Source: Tubiluchus corallicola
Taxonomy: Eukaryota; Animalia; Priapulida
Length of the DNA stretch: 30,716 nucleotides
Direction: 5' to 3'
Assembly: GCA_030141605.1 (NCBI GenBank)
Contig: JAQGDQ010001659.1
Coordinates: forward strand, 1-30,716
The notes under the pieces are model-generated. The model was not told the origin of the DNA. It did no database searches and saw only the letters and a program-made list of their open reading frames with translations. Numbering within the stretch: the stretch's first letter is position 1; each line of letters begins with the position of its first letter. Positions 25,747 through 30,716 of this stretch are shown piece after piece. Position numbers and translations under genes: made by a program.

Positions 25747-26539
25747 GTACATGAATTTGCTTTATTTCACTTCTTGTTTTCCAAACAGTACAATAGATGA
25801 ATTTGCTTTATTTCACTTTTTGTTTTCCAAACAGTACAATGCATGAATTTGCTTTATTTCACTTCTTGTTTTCCAAACAGTATATAGTATCATGAATTTG
25901 CTTTATTCCATTTCTTGTTTTCCAAACAGTATATAGTATCATGAATTTGCTTTATTTCACTTCTTGTTTTCCAAACAGTATATAGTATCATGAATTTGCT
26001 TTATTCCATTTCTTGTTTTCCAAACAGTATTTAGTATCATGAATTTGCTTTATTTCACTTCTTGTTTTCCAAACAGTATATAGTATCATGAATTTGCTTT
26101 ATTTCACTTCTTGTTTTCCAAACAGTACAATGCATGAATTTGCTTTATTTCACTTCTTGTTTTCCAAACAGTACAATGCATGAATTTGCTTTATTTCACT
26201 TCTTGTTTTCCAAACAGTACAATGCATGAATTTGCTTTATTTCACTTCTTGTTTTCCAAACAGTATAATGCATGAATTTGCTTTATTTCACTTTTTGTTT
26301 TCCAAACAGTATATAGTATCATGAATTTGCTTTATTTCACTTCTTGTTTTCCAAACAGTACAATACATGAATTGCTTTATTTCACTTCTTGTTTTCCAAA
26401 CAGTACAATGCATGAATTTGCTTTATTTCACTTCTTGTTTTCCAAACAGTATAATGCATGAATTTGCTTTATTTCACTTCTTGTTTTCCAAACAGTACAA
26501 TGCATGAATTTGCTTTATTTCAGTTCTTGTTTTCTTCAG
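25747..26539 (+). repeat. 46/49-bp minisatellite, about 17 copies
   Basis: Unit CATGAATTTGCTTTATTTCACTTCTTGTTTTCCAAACAGTA(CAATG/TATAGTAT). Confidence 0.97.
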
Positions 26540-26940
26540 TCGAAGTTATTATACCTACGAGAGATAACTGTCAATTTGGAACATGTATTGACTCATAAAT
26601 TATTTAAATTTCTGGGAAGAGAAATTCACAAGTGTAAAAGGGATGATATAGCTTTTGTTATTTATGGGAAGGCGACACCTGTGCTCTCAGCTTAGGGCGG
26701 CTGAAATTAAACTTCAAGAAATTTTAGGCAAGAAAAATAGAAAAATTGGCTCTTCTGACCGTAAAAGGACATTTGCTGCCCACGGATGTGTTGACAGTCA
26801 ATGCCGAAACACATTATGATGATGACGACAATTGATTTTTTTAATTACAAATGTATTTACTTATTTCTGAATCGAATCCGTAGAACACAAAGACATCAAC
26901 ACAGGGATAAAGCACTACTAGAAACGAATTTAAAACTAAC

Positions 26941-27830
26941 AATGACAATGACAATGACAATGAATTTGATAATGGTTATGTTGATGTTAATAGTGATGGC
27001 GATAACGACGATGATGATGACGACAGTGATGACGATGATAAGGATGATGAGGATGATGACGACAGTGATGACAATGACAATGAATTTGATAATGGTTATG
27101 TTGATGTTAATAGTGATGGCGATAACGACGATGATTGGGGTGGTGTGGTGTGGGTGTGGGTGTGTGTGAATTTGATAATGGTTATGTTGATGTTAATAGT
27201 GATGGCGATAACGACGATGATATGACGACAGCGATGACGATGATAAGGATGATGAGGATGATGACGACAGTGATGACAATGACAATGAATTTGATAATGG
27301 TTATGTTGATGTTAATAGTGATGGCGATAACGACGATGATGATGACGACAGCGATGACGATGATAAGGATGATGAGGATGATGACGACAGTGATGACAAT
27401 GACAATGAATTTGATAATGGTTATGTTGATGTTAATAGTGATGGCGATAACGACGATGATGATGACGACAGCGATGACGATGATAACGATGATGAGGATG
27501 ATGACGACAGTGATGACAATGACAATGAATTTGATAATGGTTATGTTGATGTTAATAGTGATGGCGATAACGACGATGATGATGACGACAGCGATGACGC
27601 TGATAAGGATGATGAGGATGATGACGACAGTGATGACAATGACAATGAATTTGATAATGGTTATGTTGATGTTAATAGTGATGGCGATAACGACGATGAT
27701 AATGACGACAGCGATGACGATGATAAGGATGATGAGGATGATGACAACAGTGATGACAATGACAATGAATTTGATAATTGTTATGGTGATGTTAATAGTG
27801 ATGACGATAACGACGATGATGATGACGACG
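26941..27830 (+). repeat. 120-bp tandem repeat made of GAT/GAC-type triplets, about 7 copies, interrupted by a TG-rich insert at about 27136-27167
   Basis: Exact 120-bp periodicity between the lines starting at 27301, 27421, 27541 and 27661. Confidence 0.96.
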
Positions 27831-28064
27831 TATGAGTGATAAAGATATGAGGATGATGAGACAGTGATGAAATGACATGATGATATTGTTATGGTGATGT
27901 TATGTGATGACGATAACGACGATGATGATGACGACGACGATGGCGACAGTGATGGCGATGATAAGGATGATGACGATGATGACGACAATGATAATAATAA
28001 TGCACAGACATATGGCCACTACACTCACCTTGACGTTGAGAATTGTAAAAATGACAAGACGACG

Positions 28065-28097
<33 letters not shown>

Positions 28098-28365
28098 CTG
28101 TGAGTTGATGATGATGGCTATAGCTCGTGCTGTTAAAAGGGACCACCATGATGATACAATGATCATGTTAATGACAATGATGATCATAAATTCAATGATG
28201 GCTCTGTTAAAAACCAAGAGTACGAAAGACAGGTGACAATGATTAATAAAAACAGCAGGAAGACTTTAATTTGAAGGGAAAAAGAAAAAAAGTCGAAAAA
28301 CAAGAAGAAAATAGTAACTGCAGAAATTTAGCGAAAAATAATAATAATTGACAAACAGTAGCGAT

Positions 28366-30327
28366 AAACAAGTAAACAGATGAGTTGAGAAACAAGTAAA
28401 CAAATGAGTTGAGAAACAAGTAAACAAATGAGTTGAGAAACAAGTAAACAAATGAGTTGAGAAACAAGTAAACAAATGAGTTGAGAAACAAGTAAACAAC
28501 AAATGAGTTGAGAAACAAGTAAACAACAAATGAGTTGAGAAACAAGTAAACAAATGAGTTGAGAAACAAGTAAACAAATGAGTTGAGAAACAAGTAAACA
28601 AATGAGTTGAGAAACAAGTAAACAAATGAGTTGAGAAACAAGTAAACAAATGAGTTGAGAAACAAGTAAACAAATGAGTTGAGAAACAAGTAAACAAATG
28701 AGTTGAGAAACAAGTAAACAAATGAGTTGAGAAACAAGTAAACAAATGAGTTGAGAAACAAGTAAACAAATGAGTTGAGAAACAAGTAAACAAATGAGTT
28801 GAGAAACAAGTAAACAAATGAGTTGAGAAACAAGTAAACAAATGAGTTGAGAAACAAGTAAACAAATGAGTTGAGAAACAAGTAAACAAATGAGTTGAGA
28901 AACAAGTAAACAAATGAGTTGAGAAACAAGTAAACAAATGAGTTGAGAAACAAGTAAACAAATGAGTTGAGAAACAAGTAAACAAATGAGTTGAGAAACA
29001 AGTAAACAAATGAGTTGAGAAACAAGTAAACAAATGAGTTGAGAAACAAGTAAACAAATGAGTTGAGAAACAAGTAAACAAATGAGTTGAGAAACAAGTA
29101 AACAACAAATGAGTTGAAAAACAAGTAAACAACAAATGAGTTGAGAAACAAGTAAACAACAAATGAGTTGAGAAACAAGTAAACAAATGAGTTGAGAAAC
29201 AAGTAAACAAATGAGTTGAGAAACAAGTAAACAAATGAGTTGAGAAACAAGTAAACAAATGAGTTGAGAAACAAGTAAACAAATGAGTTGAGAAACAAGT
29301 AAACAAAAATGAGTTGAGAAACAAGTAAACAAATGAGTTGAGAAACAAGTAAACAAATGAGTTGAGAAACAAGTAAACAAATGAGTTGAGAAACAAGTAA
29401 ACAAATGAGTTGAGAAACAAGTAAACAAATGAGTTGAGAAACAAGTAAACAAATGAGTTGAGAAACAAGTAAACAACAAATGAGTTGAGAAACAAGTAAA
29501 CAAATGAGTTGAGAAACAAGTAAACAAATGAGTTGAGAAACAAGTAAACAAATGAGTTGAGAAACAAGTAAACAACAAATGAGTTGAGAAACAAGTAAAC
29601 AAATGAGTTGAGAAACAAGTAAACAACAAATGAGTTGAGAAACAAGTAAACAAATGAGTTGAGAAACAAGTAAACAACAAATGAGTTGAGAAACAAGTAA
29701 ACAAATGAGTTGAGAAACAAGTAAACAAATGAGTTGAGAAACAAGTAAACAAATGAGTTGAGAAACAAGTAAACAAATGAGTTGAGAAACAAGTAAACAA
29801 ATGAGTTGAGAAACAAGTAAACAAAAATGAGTTGAGAAACAAGTAAACAAATGAGTTGAGAAACAAGTAAACAAATGAGTTGAGAAACAAGTAAACAAAT
29901 GAGTTGAGAAACAAGTAAACAAATGAGTTGAGAAACAAGTAAACAAATGAGTTGAGAAACAAGTAAACAAATGAGTTGAGAAACAAGTAAACAACAAATG
30001 AGTTGAGAAACAAGTAAACAAATGAGTTGAGAAACAAGTAAACAAATGAGTTGAGAAACAAGTAAACAAATGAGTTGAGAAACAAGTAAACAAATGAGTT
30101 GAGAAACAAGTAAACAAATGAGTTGAGAAACAAGTAAACAAATGAGTTGAGAAACAAGTAAACAAATGAGTTGAGAAACAAGTAAACAAATGAGTTGAGA
30201 AACAAGTAAACAAATGAGTTGAGAAACAAGTAAACAAATGAGTTGAGAAACAAGTAAACAACAAATGAGTTGAGAAACAAGTAAACAAATGAGTTGAGAA
30301 ACAAGTAAACAACAAATGAGTTGAGAA
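28366..30327 (+). repeat. 24-bp minisatellite (AAACAAGTAAACAAATGAGTTGAG), about 80 copies, with 26/27-bp length variants
   Basis: Nearly invariant unit; variants insert AAC or AA. Confidence 0.99.
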
Positions 30328-30547
30328 AAACGATTGTAGCTTGATTTAGTATTACGCATTTAAAATCAATATTAAATTGCAGACACTATTGTTGCTTTAC
30401 AAAATATTAGCAATAGATCGCATATGAAATTAATATCGTCACTACATGATTAATATCTAAAATAGATATTAGTAGATATATTAGATATATTATAGAATAA
30501 AGTAGATATAGAGTAGATATATTAATAGAATAAAGTAGAATGGTTAC

Positions 30548-30716
30548 TGTATATGCCTACTATACACACGATGCGAAACAAACTGTGTGAACGTGACTGT
30601 ATATGCCTACTATACACACGATGCGAAACAAACTGTGTGAACGCGACTTTATATGCCTACTATACACACGATGCGAAACAAACTGTGTGAACGTGACTGT
30701 ATATGCCTACTATACA
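30548..30716 (+). repeat. 50-bp tandem repeat running off the right edge
   Basis: Unit TGTATATGCCTACTATACACACGATGCGAAACAAACTGTGTGAACGTGAC at 30548, 30598, 30648 and 30698. Confidence 0.95.

Noticed and set aside
28243-30359. Three ORFs of about 660-700 aa on the minus strand
   Set aside because: All three frames are open because the 24-bp unit has no minus-strand stop; the frames swap at length variants, showing no coding constraint.

Overview
AT-rich, intron-containing eukaryotic (most likely invertebrate animal) DNA dominated by microsatellites, minisatellites and non-autonomous transposon fragments. The only well-supported gene is on the minus strand: a bacterial/plant-type wax ester synthase/diacylglycerol acyltransferase (WS/DGAT; catalytic motif HHCMADG). 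Four GT-AG exons with consistent phases lie at 7719-7005, 5593-5317, 2272-2088 and 1301-1104, about 458 codons in all; the last exon(s) appear to lie off the left edge. Its introns hold a tRNA-derived SINE, a probable TIR element containing a 58-bp minisatellite, and mutually complementary (CT)n and (GA)n tracts that tightly bracket the 198-nt symmetric exon 4. The rest of the window (8-30.7 kb) has two copies of a foldback-like MITE, two LINE-type 3' ends with microsatellite tails and many unrelated tandem arrays, two of which are built on transcription-factor consensus motifs (about 80 x GTAAACAA, about 20 x TGACGTAA). There are also weak candidate plus-strand exons at 23-26.6 kb. Nearly all long ORFs in the supplied track are artefacts of simple repeats. 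No CRISPR array, rRNA or intact tRNA was seen.
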